The notes beneath the pieces were generated by a model. The model was not told where the DNA came from and did not search any database. It saw only the letters and a program-made list of their open reading frames with translations. From a bacterium (GTDB taxonomy: Bacteria > Verrucomicrobiota > Verrucomicrobiia > Limisphaerales > UBA11358): a DNA stretch of 64,000 nt. Of this stretch, positions 22,413 through 31,826 are shown one piece after another (position 1 is the first letter of the stretch; each line of letters starts with the position of its first letter). The position numbers and the translations under genes were made by a program. The stretch is from contig JAKALA010000013.1 of NCBI GenBank assembly GCA_021813325.1, positions 3,503 to 67,502 of the forward strand, given 5' to 3'.

Positions 22413-23189
22413 ATGGCGGACCGCTATGAGTTGAAGTATCTGATTCCGCAACGGCTGGCGGTTTGCATCCGGCAATTTGTCCGCCAATATCTGGAACTCG
22501 ACGAATTTGGGAAAAGTTATCCGCCCTACGACTATCCGGTTCACAGTCTGTATTTTGACTCGGACGACTGGAAAATTTATTGGCGGACAATCAATGGGGA
22601 TAAAAATCGCTTCAAGCTACGGGTGAGATATTACAACGAAAGCGACAGCACTCCGGTATTCTGGGAGATTAAACGGCGGATGAAGGATGTCATTCTCAAA
22701 CAACGTTGTGGAGTTTGGCGGTATGCCTCGCCCTGGGTTTTGAATGGACAACTGCCCCAGGCCAGTGAGTTGAGCACGCCATTTGATTCCACGGAATTCA
22801 CGGCAATCCAGGAGTTTTTTCGTCTGCAATACGACCTTGGCGCGGTTGGTAAAATGCATGTCGCCTATGACCGCGAGGCCTATGTCAGCCGGCATTCCAA
22901 TGAGGTCCGCGTCACGTTTGACCGGCATGTCCGCGTGGCGACCCGCTTTGATCAAGCTTTGACCACGCAGATGCAGGAGCCGTTTGTTTGCACCGGCAAC
23001 GGCGATTTCCCGGATGACTTGGTCATTCTGGAACTTAAATTCAGCGGACGCTTTCCCAATTGGTATCGCGAATTGGTTCGAACCTTCAATTTAGTCCAGG
23101 CTGGGGCGGCAAAATATGCGGAAGGCACCACCATGTATGCGGGGCGTCATTTGGCCGCGCCCGATGTGATCCGCAACATGATTTTATAG
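22413..23189 (+). CDS. VTC-domain (CYTH-like, polyphosphate-polymerase-type) protein
   Basis: MADRYELKYLI..., HSLYFDSDDW, NRFKLRVRYY and FWEIKRRMKDVILKQR are typical of bacterial VTC-domain proteins. Confidence 0.75.
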   Translation: MADRYELKYLIPQRLAVCIRQFVRQYLELDEFGKSYPPYDYPVHSLYFDSDDWKIYWRTINGDKNRFKLRVRYYNESDSTPVFWEIKRRMKDVILKQRCGVWRYASPWVLNGQLPQASELSTPFDSTEFTAIQEFFRLQYDLGAVGKMHVAYDREAYVSRHSNEVRVTFDRHVRVATRFDQALTTQMQEPFVCTGNGDFPDDLVILELKFSGRFPNWYRELVRTFNLVQAGAAKYAEGTTMYAGRHLAAPDVIRNMIL

Positions 23190-23326
23190 CTGGGGGATTC
23201 AAGGATTTGTCCCGTCGGCATAGCGGATTTGGCGCGCGATTGCAGGAGTCTGGCCAACATTGCATTCAATTTTATTTGCGGTATGATTTTAAACAGAGAC
23301 GGGGAGTCCATTCCTCGCTTGCTTTG

Positions 23327-23845
23327 ATGAAATTTATGCAATGCTGTGTGTGCAAAGAAAAGCCGGCCACCGTGCATCTCACCCAAATCGTTGGGGAAAA
23401 GATGCAAAAGCTTGATTTGTGCGAAGACTGTGCCAAGGCCAAAGGCGTGAACGACCCGACAAGCTTTGCCATGGCTGATTTGATGATGGGGCTGGGCGCT
23501 TCACAAGAGCTGGATCCTTCGGCGGGTATTGTGGAAATCAAATGTCCGCGCTGCGGCTTCTCGCAAGCCGATTTCAAAAAGTCCGGTCGTCTGGGCTGCC
23601 CGGATTGTTACAAGACATTTGCGGAAGGACTGGCCGGCTTGCTCAAGACGATGCACAAAGGCACCCGCCATATTGGCAAGGCTCCCGAGCCGCTGCGACA
23701 AACCCGGGACAAGGCTGAACGACTAAAACTGCTGCAAAAGAAACTGGCCAAGGCTATTGAGGTAGAAGATTTCGAGCTTGCCGCCCAATTACGGGATGAG
23801 ATCAAAGCCATTAACGGTGGCGAGACCCCGGCGCGAATCCGATAA
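23327..23845 (+). CDS. mcsA: McsA-like protein arginine kinase activator (Cys-rich zinc fingers + UVR motif)
   Basis: MKFMQCCVCKEKPATVHLTQI...LCEDCA and CPRCG...GRLGCPDCY. The C-terminal UVR motif is EDFELAAQLRDEIKAI. The upstream part of the track ORF overlaps the VTC gene and is rejected. Confidence 0.8.
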   Translation: MKFMQCCVCKEKPATVHLTQIVGEKMQKLDLCEDCAKAKGVNDPTSFAMADLMMGLGASQELDPSAGIVEIKCPRCGFSQADFKKSGRLGCPDCYKTFAEGLAGLLKTMHKGTRHIGKAPEPLRQTRDKAERLKLLQKKLAKAIEVEDFELAAQLRDEIKAINGGETPARIR

Positions 23846-23851
23846 TTTGCT

Positions 23852-24934
23852 TTGAAACCGATGAAAGATATTCACGCTTTTCTTTGTTCTCCTGCCGAAT
23901 CCACCCATCGACATGGTCCGCATGATCGCATTGTGATGTCCAGTCGGGTTCGCTTGGCCCGAAATCTCCGGCACGCGGCGTTTCCGGGCTGGGCCAAAAA
24001 GCCCGAGCGCGTCAAGGTCATGGAGATGATCATGCCGGCGGTGAGCGCATTGCCGGAAATGGCCGATGCGTTCGCGGAAGCTCTGGATAATTTAACCTCG
24101 CTGGACAAGCAGCTTTTGGTCGAACGTCATTTGATCAGTCGCGAGCACGCCGCCAAAAGCGTGGGCAGCGGGCTGGTGGTGAATCGGACGGAAACCTTTT
24201 CGGTGATGATCAACGAGGAAGATCACTTGCGAATGCAGGCTTTGCGGCCCGGTTTTCAGACCCGGGAAGCCTGGCAGGCGGTTGACAAGCTGGACAGCGC
24301 ATTGGAGAAAAAACTCGATTTTGCCTTCGATAACGAACTGGGCTATTTGACCGCGTGTCCAACAAATCTGGGCACGGGCATTCGCGTGAGCGCCATGCTG
24401 CACCTGCCCGGCTTGGTTTTGGCCGAGCAGATCAATCCCATCATTCAATCCGTGAACAAACTTGGACTCGCGGTGCGTGGGTTGTATGGCGAAGGGACCG
24501 AAGCCTTGGGCAATGTGTTCCAAGTTTCGAATCAAATGACGCTGGGCGAAAGTGAAATTGGCATTGTCGAGCGTCTCGAAAAAGTTTTGGCGCAAGTGAT
24601 CGAGCACGAGGAAAATGCGCGTTTGACCCTGCTGGAGAAGAAGCCCAAGGTGGTCTATAACCACATTGGGCGCGCCTATGGCGTGCTGGCCAATGCCCAC
24701 AGCATTTCTTCCAAGGAAACGATGAACCTGCTTTCGTTGCTGCGACTGGGCGTGGACATGGGATTGTTTCCCGGAACCGAGCGGTCGCTGGTGGACGAAT
24801 TGTTTTTGATCACCCAGCCCGCGCATTTGCAAAAGCAAATTTCCGATAAGCTGTCCGCCGAGGAACGGGATCTGATCCGGGCCGACATGGTGCGTGAACG
24901 TTTGACGCATGTGGGGCGGCCGGTGACAAAATAG
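23852..24934 (+). CDS. mcsB: protein arginine kinase (ATP:guanido phosphotransferase)
   Basis: NEEDHLRMQ, and LTACPTNLGTGIRVSAMLHLPGL is the phosphagen-kinase signature. Confidence 0.9.
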   Translation: MKPMKDIHAFLCSPAESTHRHGPHDRIVMSSRVRLARNLRHAAFPGWAKKPERVKVMEMIMPAVSALPEMADAFAEALDNLTSLDKQLLVERHLISREHAAKSVGSGLVVNRTETFSVMINEEDHLRMQALRPGFQTREAWQAVDKLDSALEKKLDFAFDNELGYLTACPTNLGTGIRVSAMLHLPGLVLAEQINPIIQSVNKLGLAVRGLYGEGTEALGNVFQVSNQMTLGESEIGIVERLEKVLAQVIEHEENARLTLLEKKPKVVYNHIGRAYGVLANAHSISSKETMNLLSLLRLGVDMGLFPGTERSLVDELFLITQPAHLQKQISDKLSAEERDLIRADMVRERLTHVGRPVTK

Positions 24935-24940
24935 TCCAAT

Positions 24941-25369
24941 TCAGCGTTTGTGGGCGCGAAAAATGAGCAGGGGAATGGTGGTGTTGTGGCGGACTTCGGT
25001 GATGGTGCTGCCATGAAATAAATCGCCCAACAGCCGGTGCCCATGCCCAGCCATGGCGATCAGATCGCAGCGATGTTGTTCGGCGACTTTGATGATTTCG
25101 GTGGGCGGATTTCCCAACGCCAGCTCGGATTCAACTTGAAAACCGTCTTTGCACAAACCTGCGGCCACGGTTTTCAGATAATTGCGATCCTCTTTCATTT
25201 CCTCTGATTCCGCCAGCTTGAGCTGGTTAAAATTGCGCGCCACCCAGCCATCCGCCACGTGCAATAACAGCAGCTTGGCCCCCATCATGCGCGCCAGCGG
25301 CTTGATCTGTTCCAAAACCGCTTTGTCGGCGGCGCTATTTTCTAGCGGAATGAGAATGTGTTGATACAT
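24941..25369 (-). CDS. universal stress protein (UspA family)
   Basis: MYQHILIPLENS...LLLLHV...IAMAGHGH..GSTIT. The start was chosen so that it abuts the mntH stop. Confidence 0.85.
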   Translation of the reverse strand: MYQHILIPLENSAADKAVLEQIKPLARMMGAKLLLLHVADGWVARNFNQLKLAESEEMKEDRNYLKTVAAGLCKDGFQVESELALGNPPTEIIKVAEQHRCDLIAMAGHGHRLLGDLFHGSTITEVRHNTTIPLLIFRAHKR

Positions 25370-25370
25370 G

Positions 25371-26762
25371 CTACTGTGGAGCTGGCAATCCAAGATGCGC
25401 ATAAAACATCTTCAACCAGGATGCGGGCATGAAGGTGTCCAAAAGCAATTTTAAGTTCAGAATGATGATAATCAGCGTGGTCGTCCAGCCGAGAATCCGA
25501 ATCCAAAGCGGGTTTACAAAAGCGCCCATCTTGGCCTTTTCCCCGGTGAACCGCATCAACGGCCAGACCGCAAAGCCGAGCTGCATGGAGAGCACCACCT
25601 GGCTGGCAACCAGCAGTTCCGTGGTTTTGCTCTCGCCGAAAAATCCAATGACACACACGGCGGGCACAATGGCAATCAGCCGCGTCAGCAGACGGCGCAG
25701 CCAGGGGCGCAGCCGGATGTTGATGAAACCTTCCATGACCACCTGGCCGGCGAGTGTGCCGGTGAGCGTGGAATTTTGCCCGGACGCCAGCAGCGCCACG
25801 GCGAATAATATGCTGGCCGCGCCTATACCAAGCAGGGGACTGAGCAGTTTATAGGCGTCCTGAATCTCCGCCACGTCTTGATGGCCTGACCAGTGAAACG
25901 CGGCGGCAGCCAGCGCCAGGATGCCGCCGTTGACGAGCAGGGCAAACATGAGGGCCATGGTGGAATCGATGGTGGCAAATTTGATGGCTTCGCGTTTGCC
26001 ACCCGGCGTTTGTTCGTATTTCCGGGTCTGAACAATCGACGAATGTAAATACAGGTTGTGCGGCATGACCGTGGCCCCGATGATGCCAATCGCAATGTAG
26101 AGCATGTTCTGGTTATGGAATAATTCCAGGCTCGGAATGAATCCGAGCAGCAGCGGCCCGACCTCGGGTTTCGACAGAAGCAATTCTACCGTAAAGCAGC
26201 CTGCTATGGTGGCGATGAGCGTGATGACCAGCGCTTCGATATAACGAAACCCTTTGCTTTGTAAAAACAGCACGGCCACCACGTCCAGCGCTGTGATCGC
26301 GCATCCCCAAACCAGCGGAATGCCAAAAAGGAGCTGTAGTGCAATGGCTGAGCCCACGACTTCGGCCAGGTCGCAGGCGGCAATGGCGATTTCGCAGAGA
26401 ATCCACAAAAACCAAACGGTAGGACGAGAGTAATGATCCCGACAGGCTTGTGCCAGGTCGCGTCCGGTGGCGATGCCCAGCTTGATGCTCAGATGCTGAA
26501 GCAAGATCGCCATGAGATTGGAAAGCATGACAACGGACAGGAGCGTATAACCGAACTGCGCGCCGCCCGCCAGGTCGGTCGCCCAATTGCCGGGGTCCAT
26601 GTAACCTACGGCCACCAGAAAACCAGGGCCGGAAAAGGCAAATAACTTGCGCCAAAACGAGGCGGTGATAGGCACGACCACGCTCCGATGCACCTCCGGC
26701 AGGGAAGCGTTGCCCACTGGTTGGCGCCAGCCAGATTGCGCATTGGGTTTGGCTGGTTCCAT
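25371..26762 (-). CDS. mntH: Nramp-family divalent metal (Mn2+/Fe2+) transporter
   Basis: [28 protein letters not shown] and [10 protein letters not shown] are Nramp signatures. Multi-TM protein. Confidence 0.95.
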   Translation of the reverse strand: MEPAKPNAQSGWRQPVGNASLPEVHRSVVVPITASFWRKLFAFSGPGFLVAVGYMDPGNWATDLAGGAQFGYTLLSVVMLSNLMAILLQHLSIKLGIATGRDLAQACRDHYSRPTVWFLWILCEIAIAACDLAEVVGSAIALQLLFGIPLVWGCAITALDVVAVLFLQSKGFRYIEALVITLIATIAGCFTVELLLSKPEVGPLLLGFIPSLELFHNQNMLYIAIGIIGATVMPHNLYLHSSIVQTRKYEQTPGGKREAIKFATIDSTMALMFALLVNGGILALAAAAFHWSGHQDVAEIQDAYKLLSPLLGIGAASILFAVALLASGQNSTLTGTLAGQVVMEGFINIRLRPWLRRLLTRLIAIVPAVCVIGFFGESKTTELLVASQVVLSMQLGFAVWPLMRFTGEKAKMGAFVNPLWIRILGWTTTLIIIILNLKLLLDTFMPASWLKMFYAHLGLPAPQ

Positions 26763-26829
26763 TATGCGAACGGGAATAATGCTGCTCCTGTTGGCAACAA
26801 GGGCGGTGGTTGCGGTTCAGTCATCAATT

Positions 26830-26898
26830 TCAATATTTAAGGTCTGCGAAACTATGTAGCTTTTGATACATTGGGGTGCCAAGAGGGTCAATATTTAA
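26830..26898. promoter_or_regulatory. two copies of an 11-mer, TCAATATTTAA (26830-26840, 26888-26898), in the mntH/mntR divergent intergenic region; candidate MntR operators
   Basis: Exact direct repeat read from the sequence, AT-rich, lying between divergent metal-homeostasis genes. Confidence 0.25.
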
Positions 26899-26936
26899 AT
26901 GTAGCCAGTGTTACAAAATAAAACCTAGACTAAATC

Positions 26937-27425
26937 ATGCCGGTCGGTTTCACTGGTTTAAACATGCCAAATAAAAGTCGAAAAGGAACCGATGCCTCTC
27001 GTGGTCGCGAGGTCCGTCCCTCCGCGCAGCAGGCGGAAAATCTGCGCCGGCTGCGCCGGGATCGGGCGGAGGAAACCGCCCAGGATTATGTCGAGGCCAT
27101 CGCCGATCTCACGGCTACTACGGGCGAAGCGCGGGTGGTGGATCTAGCCCGCCGTCTGGGGGTGACTCATGTCACGGTAAACCGCACTTTAAGCCGGCTG
27201 CAACGCGCCGGATTCGTGAACACCAAACCTTACCGGGCGATTTTTTTAACCAGTGAAGGCGGCAAACTGGCCGATGAATGTAAACAGCGACATCAAACTG
27301 TGGTGGCTTTTTTGCGCTCGCTGGGTGTTTCTGAGCGCATTGCGGAACTGGATGCGGAGGGAATCGAACATCATGTCAGCCCTGAAACCCTGGCCGCCTT
27401 TGAGCGGGTCTTAAATGCACAATGA
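26937..27425 (+). CDS. mntR: DtxR/MntR-family metal-dependent transcriptional regulator
   Basis: EDYVEAIADL...ARVVDLARRLGVTHVTVNRTLSRLQRAGFV...KPYRAIFLTSEGGKLA...RH. Confidence 0.85.
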   Translation: MPVGFTGLNMPNKSRKGTDASRGREVRPSAQQAENLRRLRRDRAEETAQDYVEAIADLTATTGEARVVDLARRLGVTHVTVNRTLSRLQRAGFVNTKPYRAIFLTSEGGKLADECKQRHQTVVAFLRSLGVSERIAELDAEGIEHHVSPETLAAFERVLNAQ

Positions 27426-27727
27426 TGAAAGCGATCGATATTCAAACCATTGGCAATGAACTGGCTTTGAAATGGGACGACGGGAGTGAGGATTACATTT
27501 TGCTCGAAAAATTGAGGATGGCCTGTCCGTGTGCCGCTTGCAAAGGTGAGACAGATATTTTGGGGAATGTTTACAGAAGTCCCGGCAAACCGCTGTCGGC
27601 AAATTCCTTTCAACTGGTTCGATTAGGAACGGTGGGCGGTTATGCCATTCAGCCGGTCTGGGCGGACGGTCATGACACGGGAATTTATTCCTTTGAATAT
27701 TTACGGCGAGTCGCTGCGGCAAAATAA
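27422..27727 (+). CDS. DUF971-family protein
   Basis: LALKWDDGSEDYILLEKLRMACPCAACKGE...YAIQPVWADGHDTGIYSFEYLR. Its ATG overlaps the mntR TGA (ATGA). Confidence 0.8.
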   Translation: MMKAIDIQTIGNELALKWDDGSEDYILLEKLRMACPCAACKGETDILGNVYRSPGKPLSANSFQLVRLGTVGGYAIQPVWADGHDTGIYSFEYLRRVAAAK

Positions 27728-27728
27728 A

Positions 27729-27757
27729 ACGGCGCGTTGATCAGCGCGCCGTTTTTG
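27729..27757. terminator. bidirectional rho-independent terminator between the DUF971 gene (+) and the 1339-aa gene (-)
   Basis: AAAAC-GGCGCG-ttgatcag-CGCGCC-GTTTTTGG, with an A-tract on one side and a T-tract on the other. Confidence 0.8.
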
Positions 27758-27770
27758 GTTTGAGCAATGC

Positions 27771-30700
27771 TTACGGGATAATGCGGACGCGATAGAATTT
27801 CACCGATCCGTTAAAGGTGTCGTTAAATTCCATGTCTCCGCCGGTGCCCGTATTGGTGCTGATGCTGGTCCAGTTGCCATCGAACAGGCTGGTGGAACGT
27901 TCTATGGCGTATTGTTTGCCGGCAACAGTTGGCCAATGGATACTGGACGGGCCGGAATCCTGAACGGGGTTGGCTTCGACGCTTGGGAAGTTGTTGGCTG
28001 CATTGGGATCGACCCCAGCAACGTATTTTTTCCAATTGTCAATACCGTCGCCCGAGGGACAGGCGTTTGAGGCTGACAGGTAGTTGTTGATGGTGCCGAA
28101 CCAGCGCAAACGCCATGCATCCGGGATGCCATCGCCGTAGCATGAGTTGGTGCGGCTGGACAGGGTGATCAAGCCGGTGAGGGTTTGTTTGGGAAACGAT
28201 GCCAGTCCGTTGGGCGAGGCGGACGCGTGGTCGAAATGGACGGCATAAGCGGCATTAGCTGGAGACCCGTCAGGAATGGTGATAGACAACGTTCCGATGG
28301 TGACTGTGCCGGTCAAGCCAGCATTGGTGCTGTTGAGCCAGACGGCGGAAAAATTGTCGTTGCCGTGGGAGTCGGTGGTATAGGGTGCGCCCAGAGCTGC
28401 CACTTGGGTGAAGGTCACCGGGGTGGTGAGTGCGGGCGAGCCGTCGAGCGGCGTGACGGTCAGGTTAAGCATCAACACCCGGAGCGGATAGTCGCCAAAG
28501 ATGGTGGCGGTGATCGGAACTTGGATGACTTGACCGGCGGAACAATTCGTAATGTCGCCAGCGGCGAAATTGACCTGAGGCGGGATGGTTGACCCGGTGG
28601 CATTCACATTGGCCTTGATACTCCGAGTGCTGGTCTGAGACGCGCTGGCCGTAGCGGCGTGGTTGATTACTCCGGTGTCGGCGACCCTTTGGCCATTGTT
28701 CCAAAAGCGGCGGAACCAGGTCAGAGACGGATCAAGCGACCGGCGGAAGGTCACGTAAACGTCGCAGACGTCCAGGGTGCCGTCGCCAAAGGCGATCTGG
28801 TTGATGGTGGCATCATTGCCATTAAACAACGCGTTTTGCTGGGCCGTCGAGAGACTGCCAAGCGTATTGGTATAGCAATTGTAATTCGCATCCGACGAGT
28901 CGGCATCCAGAACACCCAGATTGCCGCAGGAATCCATGCTGTTGTAGAAGTCTGTAACCGGGGAAGGCTGATTCAGATAATAGACAGCCGATTGAAAGAC
29001 TTGTTCGACATCCGCGTTGACAATGTTGCTGGAGCCGAAATCCCCTGCGTTGAACCAGCGGAAAGGATACACGCTTCCGACGATGTATTTCCGTTGACCA
29101 ATGGTCACATGTTTCAGGGCGCTCAAGGAACTGCCGCCGACGACAACCCCATTGGTCGGGGCCGCAATGTAAACGTTCGCACCGGGGGCGCCGACGCCGT
29201 CCGAGGTGGCCGAAGGCCGGCCAATTTCGATCTGGTAAACGTCATTCGAGGTGGCATTGGACGGCACATGGAAATAGTAGCCGCCAACCTCGATCTGGCC
29301 GGGGTAGGCTGCCGATGGATACTGCACATCGTGCGCTTGCGAGTAGGTGATCAAGTCCTGGCTCAGGGTATCGTAAAGATTGGTTTTCCCGGCCCGCTCC
29401 AGCCAGCCGACGCCAACCAGGTTGATGGAGTCGTTGGTGATTTGCAGGTCTTCGAAATAGCTCCCGTTGTAAACGACCGAATTGCTTGTCACTGTGGGCG
29501 GCGTGCTGCTGACGTAAGCGTAGGGGGGAATCGTTACAAAGAAGCCTGGATGGTCCAAATCCGGCTTTTCCAACATGGAATTAAAACCGTATTCGCCTTT
29601 GCCGATACTGTGGGTTCCGAGGTTGGTCACGGTGACGTTATACTGCAAACTGTAAACTTTGACTCCGTTTAACATGGTCAAAGTGACCGGGGCATAAAAA
29701 TTCTGTCCCGGCGAAGCCACAAAATCGCTGGAAGCCTCGCCCGTCGTGAAGCCAAAGCTGATGATGTTGGCCACGAAATTCGTCGGTGAAAATTGCGCGC
29801 TGACAATGTCGCTGGGCTGATAGGTTCCCTTGAAAGCCCTGACCTTGAAGATCGTGTTGGTGGTAATGGAAAAACCCACGGTCCAAAGATTGGTTGACGT
29901 GGCGACCGGAGCCAAATGGATGGCGTTGGCATTGGTTTTGGAAGGATCTGAACCGTCCGTGGTATAATACAATTCCGCGCCAGTGGTGATGTCGCTGATC
30001 GAAAATTGCCCGGCATTGTTGCCGATGATGATCGGATTACCGGCAATAAATTGAAACTCGGCGGTTGTGACGGCACTGTATCCGCCTTCGTTGACGTTGA
30101 CCGCCTGGATGACGACATCAGGTGCGGGCGCCACAGGCAATGGTTGAGCGAAAGTCATGCCATCGGCATAATCCGGCGGGGTGGCTCGGCTGCTGTTGGT
30201 GGCGATGGTCGGGTCGCTGCCGTCGCTTGTATAATAAGTCGAAATGCCGCTGTAAGCGCTTCCCAGGTTTGGATCAACGGCCAGACTGATGTCGTTGTGC
30301 GCGACAAATGTCTGCCCGCTGACCGGATGCAGCACCGTGGTGAAGGGGGAAGCTGTCAGGTAATCAAACCAGCCGATTCGTGGGGCGGTGGGGGCGGGCA
30401 CCGGCGGCGTAACACTCACTTCCGCCGAATTCGGACTTTCGCCTCCCGTATTGACGGCGGAGACGGAGTAGTAATAAGTCGTGCCATTGATGACATTGGT
30501 GTCGGTGTAGGTCGTGCCTGAAACGCTCACGTAGGGCGGGCTGTAGTGGCCACTTTGGGTGGTTCGCTTGACATTGTAATTGGTCGCGCTGGTAATCGGC
30601 GACCAGGAAAGATCCACCTGGCCGTAGTTGGCGGTCATGCTCCAAATGACCGGTGCCTGGGGAATCGGTGGAGGCAAAGCCGGCAGCCCGGTGCCCGTGG

Positions 30701-31790
30701 CGACGCGCAACAACGAATAATAATTTTCCGTGACGTAAACGGAACCGCCGCTGGCGATGGCCAGTCCAATGGGCTGGCGGGCTTGAACCGGATCTATTGC
30801 TTCGTTGAGATTATTGACCGTGCCGTCTTTCCAGCCTGGATAAGAGCCTGACCAGTATTGAGGATTCACCCCGTAAATTCGTTGGGTCACGTTGCCGGCG
30901 GCGTCGATTTTCTTGATCTTGCCGTTATTGCAATCGGCCACCACCAGAATGCCATTGCCCGCTTTGGCAATGCCTTCCGGTCGGTTGAACTGCGCGAAAG
31001 CGGGCGGGCCTAGCACATCGCCAGCGCCGTTAAAGCCCGTTAATTTCGTCGAATTGCCCAGCAAATTGGTATTGCCGGGGTCCATCAGCCAGATACCGTT
31101 GTTGCCCGCGTCAGTCAGGGCAATTTTGCCATTTACCAGCACGGTGATTCCGCGCAGCGAGGTGCCCGCGTTGGTGATCACGCCGACGACTGAAACCGCG
31201 TTGTTGGAACTTTGCGCGATGCGGATGACCGTGTTGCTCTGGACGGTTAAATAAATATTCGCCGAGCCGTCCAATGCCATGGCGGTGGCGTTGGTTAACT
31301 TCGAGGCGTTGGTGGCCATCAAACTGACAACTCCACCGTAGTTGATATAGTAGCCGCCGTTAAACTTGAGCACGGTGCCGTCCTTGCCGTTGCCACGGTT
31401 CAGCACATAAACGTTTGTGGCCGTATCGACGGCCACCGCCACCGGATGACTGATGCCATTTTTGTTGGTGTAGGCGCTGTAGGTATAGCTGGATGATGTG
31501 ACGCCGACGGAGGTAATCAAACGGACGGCATTGTTGTTGGAATCGGCCAGAAACAAATAGGTTTCAGACGGATCCAGGGCGATCCCGGCCGGCCCGTTGA
31601 ATTGAGCCGTGTAAAACGTGTTGCCGTCTTTATAGCCGGCCTGACCATGATTGGCGTCGGTCAGGGTCGCCACCGTTGCCTGCCCGAAGGCACCGATCGG
31701 GATCAGGGTCGCGAGGGCGGCGAAGCCCAACCGCTTGAGGCAGCCTCGCAATCTGGCCCGGTTCAACTGACCTGAAATAAGCTTTTTCAT
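27771..31790 (-). CDS. secreted 1339-aa multidomain protein: six NHL-type propeller repeats, FN3, two chitobiase-C/FN3-associated-like domains, cohesin-like and dockerin-like modules, conserved C-terminal module
   Basis: NHL-like repeats (FNGPAGIALD..., FNRPEGIAKAGNGILVVADCNNGKIKKID ...). FN3 (VDLSWSPITSATNYNVKRT...YYYSVSAVN). YYT(S/T)DGSDP occurs twice. Dockerin-like FNAGDFGSSNIVNADVEQV and FGDGTLDVCDVYVTF. GDGIPDAWRLRWFG. The protein ends KQYAIERSTSLFDGNWTSIST...KFYRVRIIP. Confidence 0.85.
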   Translation of the reverse strand: MKKLISGQLNRARLRGCLKRLGFAALATLIPIGAFGQATVATLTDANHGQAGYKDGNTFYTAQFNGPAGIALDPSETYLFLADSNNNAVRLITSVGVTSSSYTYSAYTNKNGISHPVAVAVDTATNVYVLNRGNGKDGTVLKFNGGYYINYGGVVSLMATNASKLTNATAMALDGSANIYLTVQSNTVIRIAQSSNNAVSVVGVITNAGTSLRGITVLVNGKIALTDAGNNGIWLMDPGNTNLLGNSTKLTGFNGAGDVLGPPAFAQFNRPEGIAKAGNGILVVADCNNGKIKKIDAAGNVTQRIYGVNPQYWSGSYPGWKDGTVNNLNEAIDPVQARQPIGLAIASGGSVYVTENYYSLLRVATGTGLPALPPPIPQAPVIWSMTANYGQVDLSWSPITSATNYNVKRTTQSGHYSPPYVSVSGTTYTDTNVINGTTYYYSVSAVNTGGESPNSAEVSVTPPVPAPTAPRIGWFDYLTASPFTTVLHPVSGQTFVAHNDISLAVDPNLGSAYSGISTYYTSDGSDPTIATNSSRATPPDYADGMTFAQPLPVAPAPDVVIQAVNVNEGGYSAVTTAEFQFIAGNPIIIGNNAGQFSISDITTGAELYYTTDGSDPSKTNANAIHLAPVATSTNLWTVGFSITTNTIFKVRAFKGTYQPSDIVSAQFSPTNFVANIISFGFTTGEASSDFVASPGQNFYAPVTLTMLNGVKVYSLQYNVTVTNLGTHSIGKGEYGFNSMLEKPDLDHPGFFVTIPPYAYVSSTPPTVTSNSVVYNGSYFEDLQITNDSINLVGVGWLERAGKTNLYDTLSQDLITYSQAHDVQYPSAAYPGQIEVGGYYFHVPSNATSNDVYQIEIGRPSATSDGVGAPGANVYIAAPTNGVVVGGSSLSALKHVTIGQRKYIVGSVYPFRWFNAGDFGSSNIVNADVEQVFQSAVYYLNQPSPVTDFYNSMDSCGNLGVLDADSSDANYNCYTNTLGSLSTAQQNALFNGNDATINQIAFGDGTLDVCDVYVTFRRSLDPSLTWFRRFWNNGQRVADTGVINHAATASASQTSTRSIKANVNATGSTIPPQVNFAAGDITNCSAGQVIQVPITATIFGDYPLRVLMLNLTVTPLDGSPALTTPVTFTQVAALGAPYTTDSHGNDNFSAVWLNSTNAGLTGTVTIGTLSITIPDGSPANAAYAVHFDHASASPNGLASFPKQTLTGLITLSSRTNSCYGDGIPDAWRLRWFGTINNYLSASNACPSGDGIDNWKKYVAGVDPNAANNFPSVEANPVQDSGPSSIHWPTVAGKQYAIERSTSLFDGNWTSISTNTGTGGDMEFNDTFNGSVKFYRVRIIP

Positions 31791-31826
31791 ACGCGATGAG
31801 TTGTCAGCGTTGATGGATGTGACCGT

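Noticed and set aside
26763-26936. Mn-sensing yybP-ykoY riboswitch upstream of mntH
   Set aside because: I could not find the conserved paired helices or four-way-junction pattern by eye. Regulation by the adjacent MntR is sufficient. A covariance-model scan (Rfam RF00080) would settle it.
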